DNA of 64,000 nt. It comes from an uncultured Gammaproteobacteria bacterium. Lineage in GTDB: Bacteria > Patescibacteriota > Patescibacteriia > Magasanikbacterales > GWA2-37-8. Positions 47,943-56,703 of the stretch are shown piece by piece. Positions within the stretch are counted from its first letter, which is position 1; every line of letters starts with the position of its first letter. The notes under the pieces are model-generated. The model did no database searches and was not told where the DNA came from. It saw nothing but the letters and a program-made list of their open reading frames with translations. The translations under genes and the position numbers were made by a program. The stretch spans positions 64,477-128,476 of the forward strand of contig CAZINT010000002.1 of assembly GCA_964540825.1 (NCBI GenBank). The letters run 5' to 3'.

Positions 47943-47978
47943 TTCTATTTAAAAAACTATTGATTTTAATTTCTAAAA

Positions 47979-48005
47979 AAGCATGCCATTGGGCATGCTT
48001 TTTTG
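47979..48005. terminator. bidirectional rho-independent terminator (ends the ribosomal protein operon on the minus strand)
   Basis: AAAAAAGCATGCCattgGGCATGCTTTTTT. Confidence 0.8.
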
Positions 48006-48021
48006 ATGATGAAGTTTAAAA

Positions 48022-48429
48022 TTAACGTTTGCTCCACTGTGGTGCACGACGAGCTTTTTTCAAACCTGGTTTCTTGCGTTCCTTAACGCGAGCGTCGCGA
48101 GTAAGAAGACCAAGAGCTTTGAGCGTTTTTTTGAACTCTTCATTCCAGAGCACCAGGGCGCGTGAAAGGCCGAGCTGCACTGAGGTAGCCTGTCCTTTTT
48201 TACCGCCGCCAGCAACTTTAGCAGATACATCCAGATCTTTATCTTTGCCAAGTGCTTTGAGCGGAGCCAAGACAGTTTCCTGCCATTCAAAATAAGGGAA
48301 ATACTTTTCAAGCGGCTGACCATTTACAGTCACGGTGCCTTTACCTTTTTCAAGGCGAACGCGGGCAGAGGCAGATTTGCGGCGGCCAACAGCGCGTAGT
48401 TGATCGGTTTTAGTAGTAAGCTTTGTCAT
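48022..48429 (-). CDS. rpsI: 30S ribosomal protein S9
   Basis: GGGKKGQATSVQLGLSRAL and C-terminal ...RRAPQWSKR. Confidence 0.95.
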   Translation of the reverse strand: MTKLTTKTDQLRAVGRRKSASARVRLEKGKGTVTVNGQPLEKYFPYFEWQETVLAPLKALGKDKDLDVSAKVAGGGKKGQATSVQLGLSRALVLWNEEFKKTLKALGLLTRDARVKERKKPGLKKARRAPQWSKR

Positions 48430-48441
48430 ACAACGTGCAGT

Positions 48442-48798
48442 TTATTTAAAAGACAGGCGGAGAAGTCTAGCCTCACGCAGTTTATTTTTTGGAAGCATTT
48501 TCACCACAGCATGGCGGATAACATCTTCTGGTTTTTCAGCCATAACTTTCTTAACCGGAACGCGCTTCAACCCACCTGGATGCATCGTGTGGTGCAAAAA
48601 TTCTTTCTGATCAAGTTTCTTACCAGTAAACAAAACTTTGTCAGCGTTGATAACCACAACCTTGTCTCCCATATCACGGTGAGGCACAAAGCTGGCTTTG
48701 TGTTTGCCGCTGAGGAGCGTAGCGATCTTTGTGGCGAGGCGGCCAGGAGCCTGGTTTGTCGCATCAAGTTCGTGTTTTTTACGTTTAATACTAGCCAT
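48442..48798 (-). CDS. rplM: 50S ribosomal protein L13
   Basis: L13 signature and position upstream of rpsI. Confidence 0.9.
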   Translation of the reverse strand: MASIKRKKHELDATNQAPGRLATKIATLLSGKHKASFVPHRDMGDKVVVINADKVLFTGKKLDQKEFLHHTMHPGGLKRVPVKKVMAEKPEDVIRHAVVKMLPKNKLREARLLRLSFK

Positions 48799-48821
48799 AA
48801 CAGTTATTAAGACAAATAAAT

Positions 48822-49172
48822 TTAGACGAATTCAATCTGTACTTCTTCGGCTCCGTCCCCTACACGGTTGCGAAGACTGGTGGTGCGGGTATATCCGCCA
48901 GCACGATCTTTATAACGCGGACCAAGCTGCTCCATCAATTTTTTGACGGCATTCTCAGTGTACAATTCTTTGATAATTTCGCGGCGGGCAGCGAGCGTAT
49001 TTGGTTTTGATTTGGTAATCAATTTTTCAACATACGAACGCAGCGCACGGGCTTTGGCTTTGGTAGTTGTAATCTTTTCGTAGATAATAAGGCTTTCAGC
49101 CAAATTAGCTAAGAGCGACCGGCGGGCAGCCGAGTTGCGGTCAAGGGTAATTTTAGTTTTTTGATGTCTCAT
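48822..49172 (-). CDS. rplQ: 50S ribosomal protein L17
   Basis: MRHQKTKITLDRNSAARRSLLANL N-terminus typical of L17; follows rpoA. Confidence 0.9.
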   Translation of the reverse strand: MRHQKTKITLDRNSAARRSLLANLAESLIIYEKITTTKAKARALRSYVEKLITKSKPNTLAARREIIKELYTENAVKKLMEQLGPRYKDRAGGYTRTTSLRNRVGDGAEEVQIEFV

Positions 49173-49207
49173 AACAATGCGTTACAGCTGGTAGTTTTAA
49201 TAAGGGG

Positions 49208-50038
49208 TTATTTTTTCTTAGCCTTCTTAGCTTTTGGTTTTTTTTCAGTTTCATCATCACTTGCTTCATCTGCTGGCATTTCTTCCAGTGGTTCGCTAGC
49301 TGCTTCTTCGCTGGCAGCTTCCACACGTGCTGGAGCAAAATCGGCACTAGCGTTTACTTCATCTAAAATAATGTTGAAATGATTAATCAAAATCTGAGTA
49401 CTCTGAAGCAAAGCATCCTTTGGAGCGATGGTTCCGTTGGTTTCAATGTTGATGATCAGGCGTTCAAAGTTTGTGATGTCACCAACACGGGTGTATTCAA
49501 CTTTATACCCAACGTCTTTAACCGGAGTATAGACCGAGTCCATCACGATAGTACCGAGGTCATAGTTCTGTTTATCTTTTTCTTCAACCGGTTTATAACC
49601 GCGTCCTTTGCCAACCGTAACGTCGATGTCGAGCGTCTTGTTGCTGGTTAAATGAGCAATTACTAATTCCGGATTAACGATTTCAACATTAGAGTTAGCT
49701 TGAAAATCAGCGGCCGTAACCACTCCCGGGCCTTTTTTAACCAGATTCAAAACAACCGGTTCGTCGCTAAAAATTTTAACGGCCAGCTGTTTGAGGTTAA
49801 GCATGAGCTCCATGGCGTCTTCTTTGACACCTTCTACCGTACTAAACTCGTGCGAAACACCTTTTACTTTAAAGTGTTCAACAGCCGAGCCTGGCAGCGA
49901 AGACAAAAGCACACGACGGAGCGCGTTTCCGAGCGTCGTTCCATACCCGTGATAGCACGGTGTAATAACAACCGAACCGGAGTTCGGTGTCTGCCCCTCT
50001 TGGAATTCCACTTTGGAAGGAAGAAGAAAATTCTCCAT
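49208..50038 (-). CDS. rpoA: DNA-directed RNA polymerase alpha subunit, N-terminal domain only (no recognisable alpha-CTD)
   Basis: alpha-NTD motifs (TLGNALRRVLLSSLPGSAV); ends after about 235 aa in an acidic/lysine tail (ASEEAASEPLEEMPADEASDDETEKKPKAKKAKKK) instead of the HhH alpha-CTD. Confidence 0.85.
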   Translation of the reverse strand: MENFLLPSKVEFQEGQTPNSGSVVITPCYHGYGTTLGNALRRVLLSSLPGSAVEHFKVKGVSHEFSTVEGVKEDAMELMLNLKQLAVKIFSDEPVVLNLVKKGPGVVTAADFQANSNVEIVNPELVIAHLTSNKTLDIDVTVGKGRGYKPVEEKDKQNYDLGTIVMDSVYTPVKDVGYKVEYTRVGDITNFERLIINIETNGTIAPKDALLQSTQILINHFNIILDEVNASADFAPARVEAASEEAASEPLEEMPADEASDDETEKKPKAKKAKKK

Positions 50039-50049
50039 AGTGTAAAAAA

Positions 50050-50658
50050 TTAACGAGAATAAAACTCAATAATTGCTTTAGCATCAAAGTTCGGGTTCTC
50101 CGCAGTTGGCGCATTGAGAACTTTACCCGACAATGTTTTTGGCTCCACAGTAAGCCAGCTCTGAGCTTCAACTTTAGAGAGCGATTCTGCGAGTGTTTCG
50201 TAAAGCTTACTTTTTTGCTTGCTTTCTTTAATACCAACGACGTCCCCTACTTTAACACGGTATGATGGAATATCTACCGTCTTACCATTAACAACCGTAT
50301 GACCGTGACCAACGATCTGGCGAGCGGAGCGGCGGGATTTGGCAAGGCCCAGGCGGTAGACAACGTTGTCGAGGCGTGATTCTAAGTAGTTTAAGAGAAT
50401 TTTGCTGGTGTCACCAGTCTTCTTGGAAGCTTCTTCTACATAGTTAGAAAACTGACGCTCTAAAAGACCGTAAATTTGTTTTACTTTTTGTTTTTCACGA
50501 AGCTGCTTGCCGTAGGCAGACAATTTGGCTTTTTTCTTGTTTGGGCCATGCTGACCTGCTGGATAGCTGCGGCGGGTAATTGGGCATTTTGGAGAATCAC
50601 AGAGTTTTTCTCCAAACTTGCGACAAATTTTATGTTTTGGTCTGAGATCACGAGCCAT
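50050..50658 (-). CDS. rpsD: 30S ribosomal protein S4
   Basis: N-terminal MARDLRPKHKICRKFGEKLC...C zinc-binding-like region and S4 domain. Confidence 0.95.
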   Translation of the reverse strand: MARDLRPKHKICRKFGEKLCDSPKCPITRRSYPAGQHGPNKKKAKLSAYGKQLREKQKVKQIYGLLERQFSNYVEEASKKTGDTSKILLNYLESRLDNVVYRLGLAKSRRSARQIVGHGHTVVNGKTVDIPSYRVKVGDVVGIKESKQKSKLYETLAESLSKVEAQSWLTVEPKTLSGKVLNAPTAENPNFDAKAIIEFYSR

Positions 50659-50687
50659 AATGGTAGAATTTGGGGTAATAAAGAGTA

Positions 50688-51131
50688 TTAAACACGACGG
50701 CGTTTCGGTGGACGGCAGCCGTTGTGTGGAATTGGAGTCGTATCAGTAATTGAGAGCACATTCAAACCATTGGCATGGAGGGCACGGATAGCACTTTCAC
50801 GACCACCGCCAATACCCTTAACAAATACGTTAATTTCTTTAAGTCCGTAGTCAGCAACTTTGGTGAGGAGTTCTTTTACTACCACACTAGCAGCATAGGG
50901 AGTTGCTTTTTTAGGACCCTTAAAGCCAGTCGCACCGGCTGAACACCAACCAAGCACGTTTCCGTTTGGGTCGGCCACGGTGATAATGGTGTTGTTATAC
51001 GAAGCCTGAACATAAGCATTGCCGCGAGGGACCTGCTTCAAAACTTTCTTTTTCTTGGCTTTGACGACTTTGCCGCCTTTGGCATCAGCTTTATTTTCGC
51101 TTCCGGCTGCATTCGTTTTTTGTTCCATCAT
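50688..51131 (-). CDS. rpsK: 30S ribosomal protein S11
   Basis: GWCSAGATGFKGPKKATPYAA S11 signature. Confidence 0.95.
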   Translation of the reverse strand: MMEQKTNAAGSENKADAKGGKVVKAKKKKVLKQVPRGNAYVQASYNNTIITVADPNGNVLGWCSAGATGFKGPKKATPYAASVVVKELLTKVADYGLKEINVFVKGIGGGRESAIRALHANGLNVLSITDTTPIPHNGCRPPKRRRV

Positions 51132-51174
51132 ACAAAATAAGTATAGGATGATTTAGAGAGTAATCGGTTCAGAC

Positions 51175-51561
51175 TTATGTTTTCTGACCAGTGTCTTTAC
51201 GGCCACTGCCCATAGTTTTGCGAGTGTTGCCGCGAACGGTGCGGGAATTGGTTTTGGTGCGCTGACCGCGAGCCGGAAGGTGTTTCATGTGGCGGATACC
51301 GCGATAGCTTTTTATATCTTTAAGACGCTTGATATTACTCTGTACTTCACGGCGCAGATCGCCTTCGGTACGATAGCCTTTTTCAACAATAGCGCGAAGC
51401 TTATCCTGTTCGTCGTTGGTCAAATCTTTAACACGGGTAGCCCCGTCAACACCGGCAGCCTTTAAAACTTTTTTAGCCAAAGTCGGTCCGATACCATAGA
51501 TGTAACTGAGCGAAGCATCGACTCTCTTTTCATTAGGGATGTTAGTTCCAGCAATACGCAT
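51175..51561 (-). CDS. rpsM: 30S ribosomal protein S13
   Basis: [26 protein letters not shown]-terminus. Confidence 0.95.
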   Translation of the reverse strand: MRIAGTNIPNEKRVDASLSYIYGIGPTLAKKVLKAAGVDGATRVKDLTNDEQDKLRAIVEKGYRTEGDLRREVQSNIKRLKDIKSYRGIRHMKHLPARGQRTKTNSRTVRGNTRKTMGSGRKDTGQKT

Positions 51562-51604
51562 ACGTGGTAGTAGTAATTATTGAAGAGGTAAAGATATAAA
51601 GGGA

Positions 51605-51718
51605 TTAACCTTGGCGTTGTTTATGTTTCGAGTTGGCGCAAATGACGCGCAGGCGTCCATTGCGACGAACGATTTTGCATTTCATGCAGATTTTCTTTAC
51701 GGAAGCGCGGACTTTCAT
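51605..51718 (-). CDS. rpmJ: 50S ribosomal protein L36 (37 aa; not in ORF track because under 60 aa)
   Basis: translation [37 protein letters not shown] with the C-x2-C-x12-C-x4-H zinc ribbon; sits between rpsM and infA as in the conserved cluster. Confidence 0.9.
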   Translation of the reverse strand: MKVRASVKKICMKCKIVRRNGRLRVICANSKHKQRQG

Positions 51719-51917
51719 ATTCGAAGGAATTAGGTTTAATTACAGATATTTTAAGTAAGAAAAAATACCAACCACTGCCGCGATATCGACGCCCAATATG
51801 TTCCTTCAGTCGGACAAAGTACCGGAAGACTGAAGAAGATCAAGCTACACCGCACTGGTTGATATTTACTAGAGTTGAACCAAAGGAAATTTTCTTTTAG
51901 TGAAACTCGACGTAAAT

Positions 51918-51934
51918 TCTGCGCATTGCGCAGA
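51918..51934. repeat. 17-bp perfect palindrome in the infA-rpmJ intergenic region
   Basis: TCTGCGCA-T-TGCGCAGA; could form a hairpin at the end of infA mRNA or be a protein-binding site. Confidence 0.5.
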
Positions 51935-51950
51935 TATTCTTATAAAGTTT

Positions 51951-52169
51951 TTAAAAGCGAAAGATGATTCTGCCTTTCGTTAGATCGTAGGGTGTCATAG
52001 CCACCTTTACTTTGTCGCCGAGCGATAAACGAATCTTGTTTAAACGCATTTTGCCGGCCAGGTGTCCGATGATCGTTTGGCCACTTTCGAGCTTAATCCG
52101 GAAAATACCGGCTGGTAAAAGCTCTTCAATAACCCCCACAATCTCGATAATTTCTTTGTCGTTAGCCAT
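51951..52169 (-). CDS. infA: translation initiation factor IF-1
   Basis: S1-like OB fold; [31 protein letters not shown] typical of IF-1. Confidence 0.95.
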   Translation of the reverse strand: MANDKEIIEIVGVIEELLPAGIFRIKLESGQTIIGHLAGKMRLNKIRLSLGDKVKVAMTPYDLTKGRIIFRF

Positions 52170-52192
52170 TCAAGAAAAATTAATCTGTGATT

Positions 52193-52221
52193 AGTATAAC
52201 GGAAAAGCGCTCCCAAGTCAA
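52193..52221 (-). promoter_or_regulatory. sigma70-like promoter for infA and the downstream ribosomal genes
   Basis: on the minus strand -35 TTGACT, 17-nt spacer, -10 TATACT, about 25 nt upstream of the infA ATG. Confidence 0.6.
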
Positions 52222-52348
52222 GCGTTTTGCCTTTATTTAGCCGTTTCACCTATTTTGAGTCCTTCTTGGCAATAATTCCCTATAATTAGCCAAAAATTAC
52301 TACCCTCGATATGAGACCCCCTAGTACAGGTAGCAGTTGTACACACCC

Positions 52349-52810
52349 TTACTGCACAGCTTCGGTAACTGGGGGTTGAGGCGCAGCTTTGTAGACCCAA
52401 AATTTATATAATAAAAAATTCCAAGCAACAGCAAGTGCAATATTAACTGCTCGAAACAACAAATAATTGTAGCGAGCAGGCTCTATAATGACCACACGGT
52501 GATGCTCGGTAAAAAACCACATCCAGACAACCGAAATACCGTAATTCAAAGCTGCAATACAATAAAAACGGATGATTTGGGAACGTGTAACTCCATTCAC
52601 CTTGAACGTCCAGTACTTATTAAGGAAAAAAACATAATTGAGGATAAGTGCCTGATTGAGAACAACTGCCTCTACCGCTGACAGATGAAGGTATTCCTTA
52701 AATAGAAAGAGGGTTGCAATATCCAGTACAAAGGCGCTAAAACCAATAACAAAATATTTCGCGAATTGCGCGCGGAGTGACCAGGCTTTACGTAAGAAAT
52801 TTTTGTACAT
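52349..52810 (-). CDS. GtrA-family membrane protein (polysaccharide synthesis associated)
   Basis: 4 TM helices, GtrA-like size and hydrophobicity pattern; start placed at MYKNFLRK just after the alaS stop rather than at the longer ORF start that overlaps alaS. Confidence 0.6.
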   Translation of the reverse strand: MYKNFLRKAWSLRAQFAKYFVIGFSAFVLDIATLFLFKEYLHLSAVEAVVLNQALILNYVFFLNKYWTFKVNGVTRSQIIRFYCIAALNYGISVVWMWFFTEHHRVVIIEPARYNYLLFRAVNIALAVAWNFLLYKFWVYKAAPQPPVTEAVQ

Positions 52811-52820
52811 TAGATAAAAA

Positions 52821-54671
52821 TTATTCCAAGACCGCTTTAATACGGCGCACTCCGGCGCTGATCGCCTCTTCTTTAACAATTTTAAACTTTCCCATAGTAC
52901 CAGTCCGCTCAACATGCGGACCACCGCAGACTTCGCGACTATACGTCGGAGCTGCCGGATCAGCAGCGGCCATTTCATTAGCGTCCCCAACTGTATATAC
53001 TTTTACTTTTTCTTGATATTTATCTTCAAACAGTCCAATCGCACCTTTTGCTTTTGCTTCTTCAAAACTCATTTCAGCAAAACTAACCGGGTAATCATGG
53101 GCAATCGCACCATTAATCATATCTTCAGCCAGCTTAATTTGTTCGGCAGTCAATTTTTCCGGGTGCGCAAAATCAAAGCGCATGCGTTCTTGAGTAATAT
53201 TACTTCCCCGCTGCGTAGCGTGAGGACCGAGAATTTTAAGAAGTGTCGCATGGAGTAGATGTGTCGCAGTGTGATACTTGGTAGACATTTCGCTGTGATC
53301 CGCAAGACCGCCGGCAAATTTCTGTTCTGCACCCACACGAGATTTTTCCTGATGCTCTTTAAACGCTGCTTCAAAACCAGCCACATCAACCGTGAGGGCA
53401 TTTTCGAGCGCGAGCTCCTGAGTCATTTCGAGTGGGAAGCCGTAGGTATCATACAACTTGAAGGCATGTTTACCAGAAATTTCTTTAATAAGGACGCCGG
53501 TTTTTTCAAATGCCATTCTAAAGCCGTTAACTAATTTTTCAAATTCTTTAAGGCCCTGCTCAACGGTATTGTGAAACTTGGCTTCTTCGCGGGCCATTTC
53601 GGTTATCACAAATTCGCGGTTACGTTTGAGTTCTGGATAGACATCACCATAAATCTCGATCACCGTTTCGGCAATTGAAGAGCAGACATGGTCTTTGATG
53701 CCAAGCAAGCGTCCGTGGCGAACGGCGCGGCGAATCAGGCGGCGAACAATATACCCCTGATCAACATTGCTTGGGGCAACACCTTTATCATCGCCCATGA
53801 TCATGGTTGCAGTACGCAAATGATCAGCGACAATTCGCATGGAGCGCGTTACGTCTTTGTTTTCAATATATTCTTTACCGGAAACGGTTTGGATTTTTTG
53901 AATGATCGCCCACATCGTGTCAATCTGGAAGGCATCAGCAAAACCGTTCATAACCACGAGTGTGCGTTCAAGCCCCATGCCCGTATCAACATTTTGCTGT
54001 TCAAGCGGCCTAAAAGTACCATCTTCATTTTTAAAATACTGCATGAAGACATCGTTCCAAATTTCAAGCCAGTTGTCTTCGTCGTTGCCTGGATTACTAT
54101 TTTCGGGTGGAAATTCCCCTTCCCCCATCCAATAAAACATTTCGGTGTCTGGGCCACATGGCCCCGTTGTACCAGCCGGACCCCACCAATTATTTTTCTT
54201 CGGGAGATACGCAATTTTATGCTCGGGCATGCCGAGCGCCTTCCACTTGGCAGCAGACTCATCGTCACGCGGCGCATCATTGTCGCCGGCAAACACCGAT
54301 ACCGCCAATTTACGCAGATCGATTCCCAAATATTCTTTGCTGGTCAAAAATTCAAAGCTCCATTCAATCGCTTCGTTTTTAAAATAATCACCCAAAGACC
54401 AGTTACCCATCATTTCAAAAAAGGTCATGTGACGCGCATCCCCCACCTCATCTATATCTTGGGTACGGATACATTTTTGTACGTTGGTAAGACGGTTACC
54501 GGACGGATGTTTCTGGCCCAATAAATACGGAACCAGCGGATGCATGCCGGCAGTTGTAAACAAAACCGTCGGATCATTGTCCGGAATAACCGAAGCCGAA
54601 GCAATAGCCGCATGGCCCTTGCTTTGGAAAAAAGAAATGTATTTTTGACGGAGTTCCTGGCTCGTAAGCAT
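52821..54671 (-). CDS. alaS: alanyl-tRNA synthetase, short form lacking the C-terminal C-Ala domain
   Basis: N-terminal MLTSQELRQKYISFFQSKGH...DPTVLFTTAGM; editing-domain motifs HTATHLLH and CGGPHV near the C-terminus; about 617 aa versus about 870 aa for canonical AlaRS. Confidence 0.9.
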   Translation of the reverse strand: MLTSQELRQKYISFFQSKGHAAIASASVIPDNDPTVLFTTAGMHPLVPYLLGQKHPSGNRLTNVQKCIRTQDIDEVGDARHMTFFEMMGNWSLGDYFKNEAIEWSFEFLTSKEYLGIDLRKLAVSVFAGDNDAPRDDESAAKWKALGMPEHKIAYLPKKNNWWGPAGTTGPCGPDTEMFYWMGEGEFPPENSNPGNDEDNWLEIWNDVFMQYFKNEDGTFRPLEQQNVDTGMGLERTLVVMNGFADAFQIDTMWAIIQKIQTVSGKEYIENKDVTRSMRIVADHLRTATMIMGDDKGVAPSNVDQGYIVRRLIRRAVRHGRLLGIKDHVCSSIAETVIEIYGDVYPELKRNREFVITEMAREEAKFHNTVEQGLKEFEKLVNGFRMAFEKTGVLIKEISGKHAFKLYDTYGFPLEMTQELALENALTVDVAGFEAAFKEHQEKSRVGAEQKFAGGLADHSEMSTKYHTATHLLHATLLKILGPHATQRGSNITQERMRFDFAHPEKLTAEQIKLAEDMINGAIAHDYPVSFAEMSFEEAKAKGAIGLFEDKYQEKVKVYTVGDANEMAAADPAAPTYSREVCGGPHVERTGTMGKFKIVKEEAISAGVRRIKAVLE

Positions 54672-54679
54672 ACAATATT

Positions 54680-55786
54680 TTAAATAGTTTCGATCACTCC
54701 CCCACCCAAACATTCGCCATCCTTGTAGAAGACCGCAAATTGACCCGGGGTGGGTGCGCGTTGCGGTTCATTAAAAACGAGCGTTTGCGCAACTGCGGTG
54801 CTTGATGTGTCTTCTTGAAGCACCGCCTTTTGGAGCGGTTGGCGATGACGGAGTCGCACTTCACATTCTAATGGAAACGTAGGCGGTTGTCCACTAATCC
54901 AATGAATTTGGGTAAGCGATATTTCCTTTTTATAGAGCAAGGGATCAGTATCAAAACCAACAACAAGCTCGTTAGTCGCAAAATTTTTACCAACCACGTA
55001 CAAGGGCTTCGTATCTTGCCCCTTAACAGCCAACGATTTAGTTCCGGTTACACCAAAACTGCGCTGACCAATCGTATAAAATGCCAAACCCTCGTGGACA
55101 CCCAATACTTCACCGCTCGACGTAACAATTTTTCCCGGAGTTGGCTTAATGCGCGTTTGCAAAAATTCCTTCATAGGAACTTCACCGACAAAACAGATTC
55201 CCATACTTTCTTCTTTTTCAGCCACAGGCAAATTAAATTTTTTTGCCAATTCGCGAACTTCTGGTTTAGTGTATTCACCCACCGGAAATAGTGCGTGCGA
55301 CAACTGCTGCTGAGTAAGCTGATGAAGAAAGTACGTTTGGTCTTTATTTTCATCCTTTGCTTGAATCAAATGGACAATGCCTACATCTGAAACAGCGGTG
55401 CGAGCATAGTGCCCGGTAGCCAAATATTCAAACCCCAGTTCCCTTGCCTTATCGAGCCAGAAACCAAATTTAATATATTTATTACACAGCACATCAGGAT
55501 TAGGGGTACGCCCGGCTTCGTATTCACTGAACATGTATTCCAAAACTTTCGCCTGATATTCCTTTGTAAAATCAAATTTTAAAATCGGAATGCCGATACT
55601 TGCCGCAACGCGGACAGCATCTTGGTACTCCGGTACCCAGCAGGACTCCCCAAACTTATTTTGGCCGTCATAATTAATCATGTAGGCAGCAGTAACATCA
55701 TACCCTTGCGAAACCAAAAGCTCCGCAGCGACTGCAGAATCTACACCCCCAGAAAGGGCCGTGAGAATTTTTACTTGAGGTTTCAT
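54680..55786 (-). CDS. mnmA: tRNA-specific 2-thiouridylase MnmA
   Basis: PP-loop SGGVDSAVAA at N-terminus; MnmA-like central and C-terminal beta-barrel regions. Confidence 0.9.
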   Translation of the reverse strand: MKPQVKILTALSGGVDSAVAAELLVSQGYDVTAAYMINYDGQNKFGESCWVPEYQDAVRVAASIGIPILKFDFTKEYQAKVLEYMFSEYEAGRTPNPDVLCNKYIKFGFWLDKARELGFEYLATGHYARTAVSDVGIVHLIQAKDENKDQTYFLHQLTQQQLSHALFPVGEYTKPEVRELAKKFNLPVAEKEESMGICFVGEVPMKEFLQTRIKPTPGKIVTSSGEVLGVHEGLAFYTIGQRSFGVTGTKSLAVKGQDTKPLYVVGKNFATNELVVGFDTDPLLYKKEISLTQIHWISGQPPTFPLECEVRLRHRQPLQKAVLQEDTSSTAVAQTLVFNEPQRAPTPGQFAVFYKDGECLGGGVIETI

Positions 55787-55855
55787 AGGTCTTATTTTGA
55801 ATTTTTTTAGTATGCGTGCTAAACTACGGGGTATATTTAACTTTTAATTTTTTAT

Positions 55856-56146
55856 ATGGCCCAAGAAAGCATGAACACTATGCCCAATGGAACCAAAAAA
55901 TATTGGTTTGCAGCCAAAACCTATGGCTGGGGTTGGACACCTGCTACCTGGCAGGGATGGCTTATTTTGGTTATTTTCGTTGGACTTATCGTAGTCAATT
56001 TCTTGCGCATCGACGCTGCTTCGCACTCAATAAGCGATACGCTCCTTGCGTTTGTACCCGAAACATTTCTTTTAATTCTCGTTTTAATTCTTATCTGCTG
56101 GAAAACAGGTGAAAAACCACACTGGCAGTGGGGTGATAAAAAATAA
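55856..56146 (+). CDS. hypothetical small membrane protein (2 TM)
   Basis: two hydrophobic helices, Trp-rich; followed by a strong terminator. Confidence 0.5.
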   Translation: MAQESMNTMPNGTKKYWFAAKTYGWGWTPATWQGWLILVIFVGLIVVNFLRIDAASHSISDTLLAFVPETFLLILVLILICWKTGEKPHWQWGDKK

Positions 56147-56165
56147 AAGAAACAGCCTTCTACTT

Positions 56166-56196
56166 AAAACCCCGCGCCCTAAGGCGCGGGGTTTAA
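56166..56196. terminator. bidirectional rho-independent terminator
   Basis: AAAACCCCGCGCCctaaGGCGCGGGGTTT. Confidence 0.85.
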
Positions 56197-56212
56197 GTTT
56201 CAGCGTGATAGC

Positions 56213-56542
56213 TTAGCTGTTGCGGCGAGCCTGCATGCAGTCTCGGCAATATACTGGCTTGTCACCGGTTGGCTGGAAAGGAAGCTGAGTGATTTGAGCA
56301 CCGCAGCTAGCACAGTTCAAGTTGACACTGTACATTTGGCGAGGAGCGCGAGGACCGCGACTCATACCGCCACCCATTCCTCCAGCGCCACCAGCACGAT
56401 TTTGGCGATACGTGCGGTTACAGTCAGAGCAGTAAACCGGACGATCTCCAGAAGGTTGAAAAGGCAACTGTGAAACGTGGGCACCGCATTGTGAGCAGGT
56501 AAGGTCCACGTCAAACATTTGACGATCAGTACCAAAGGCCAT
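56213..56542 (-). CDS. tandem zinc-ribbon protein (two CxxC...PF-P...C-x2-C modules joined by a Gly-rich linker), YacG-like modules
   Basis: internal duplication TCSQCGAHVSQLPFQPSGDRPVYCSDC / NCASCGAQITQLPFQPTGDKPVYCRDC; linker RAGGAGGMGGGMSRGPR; GC about 55%. Confidence 0.65.
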   Translation of the reverse strand: MAFGTDRQMFDVDLTCSQCGAHVSQLPFQPSGDRPVYCSDCNRTYRQNRAGGAGGMGGGMSRGPRAPRQMYSVNLNCASCGAQITQLPFQPTGDKPVYCRDCMQARRNS

Positions 56543-56562
56543 AGAGATATTCTAAGGGAATT

Positions 56563-56620
56563 GTTCCCAAAATGTTTTTTGAGAGCGTATGTATAAATTG
56601 TTCGACCTCTTTTTGGGAAC
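56563..56620. repeat. long-range inverted repeat in the 5' leader of the zinc-ribbon gene
   Basis: GTTCCCAAAA (56563-56572) / TTTTGGGAAC (56611-56620), 10-bp arms with a 38-nt spacer. Confidence 0.4.
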
Positions 56621-56703
56621 CTTAGGTTACTATTGTTGCCCAAATTATTGACTATAGAGTAGCACAAAAACCTGGCTCCGTCAAGACAAGCTAAAAACGC
56701 ATC

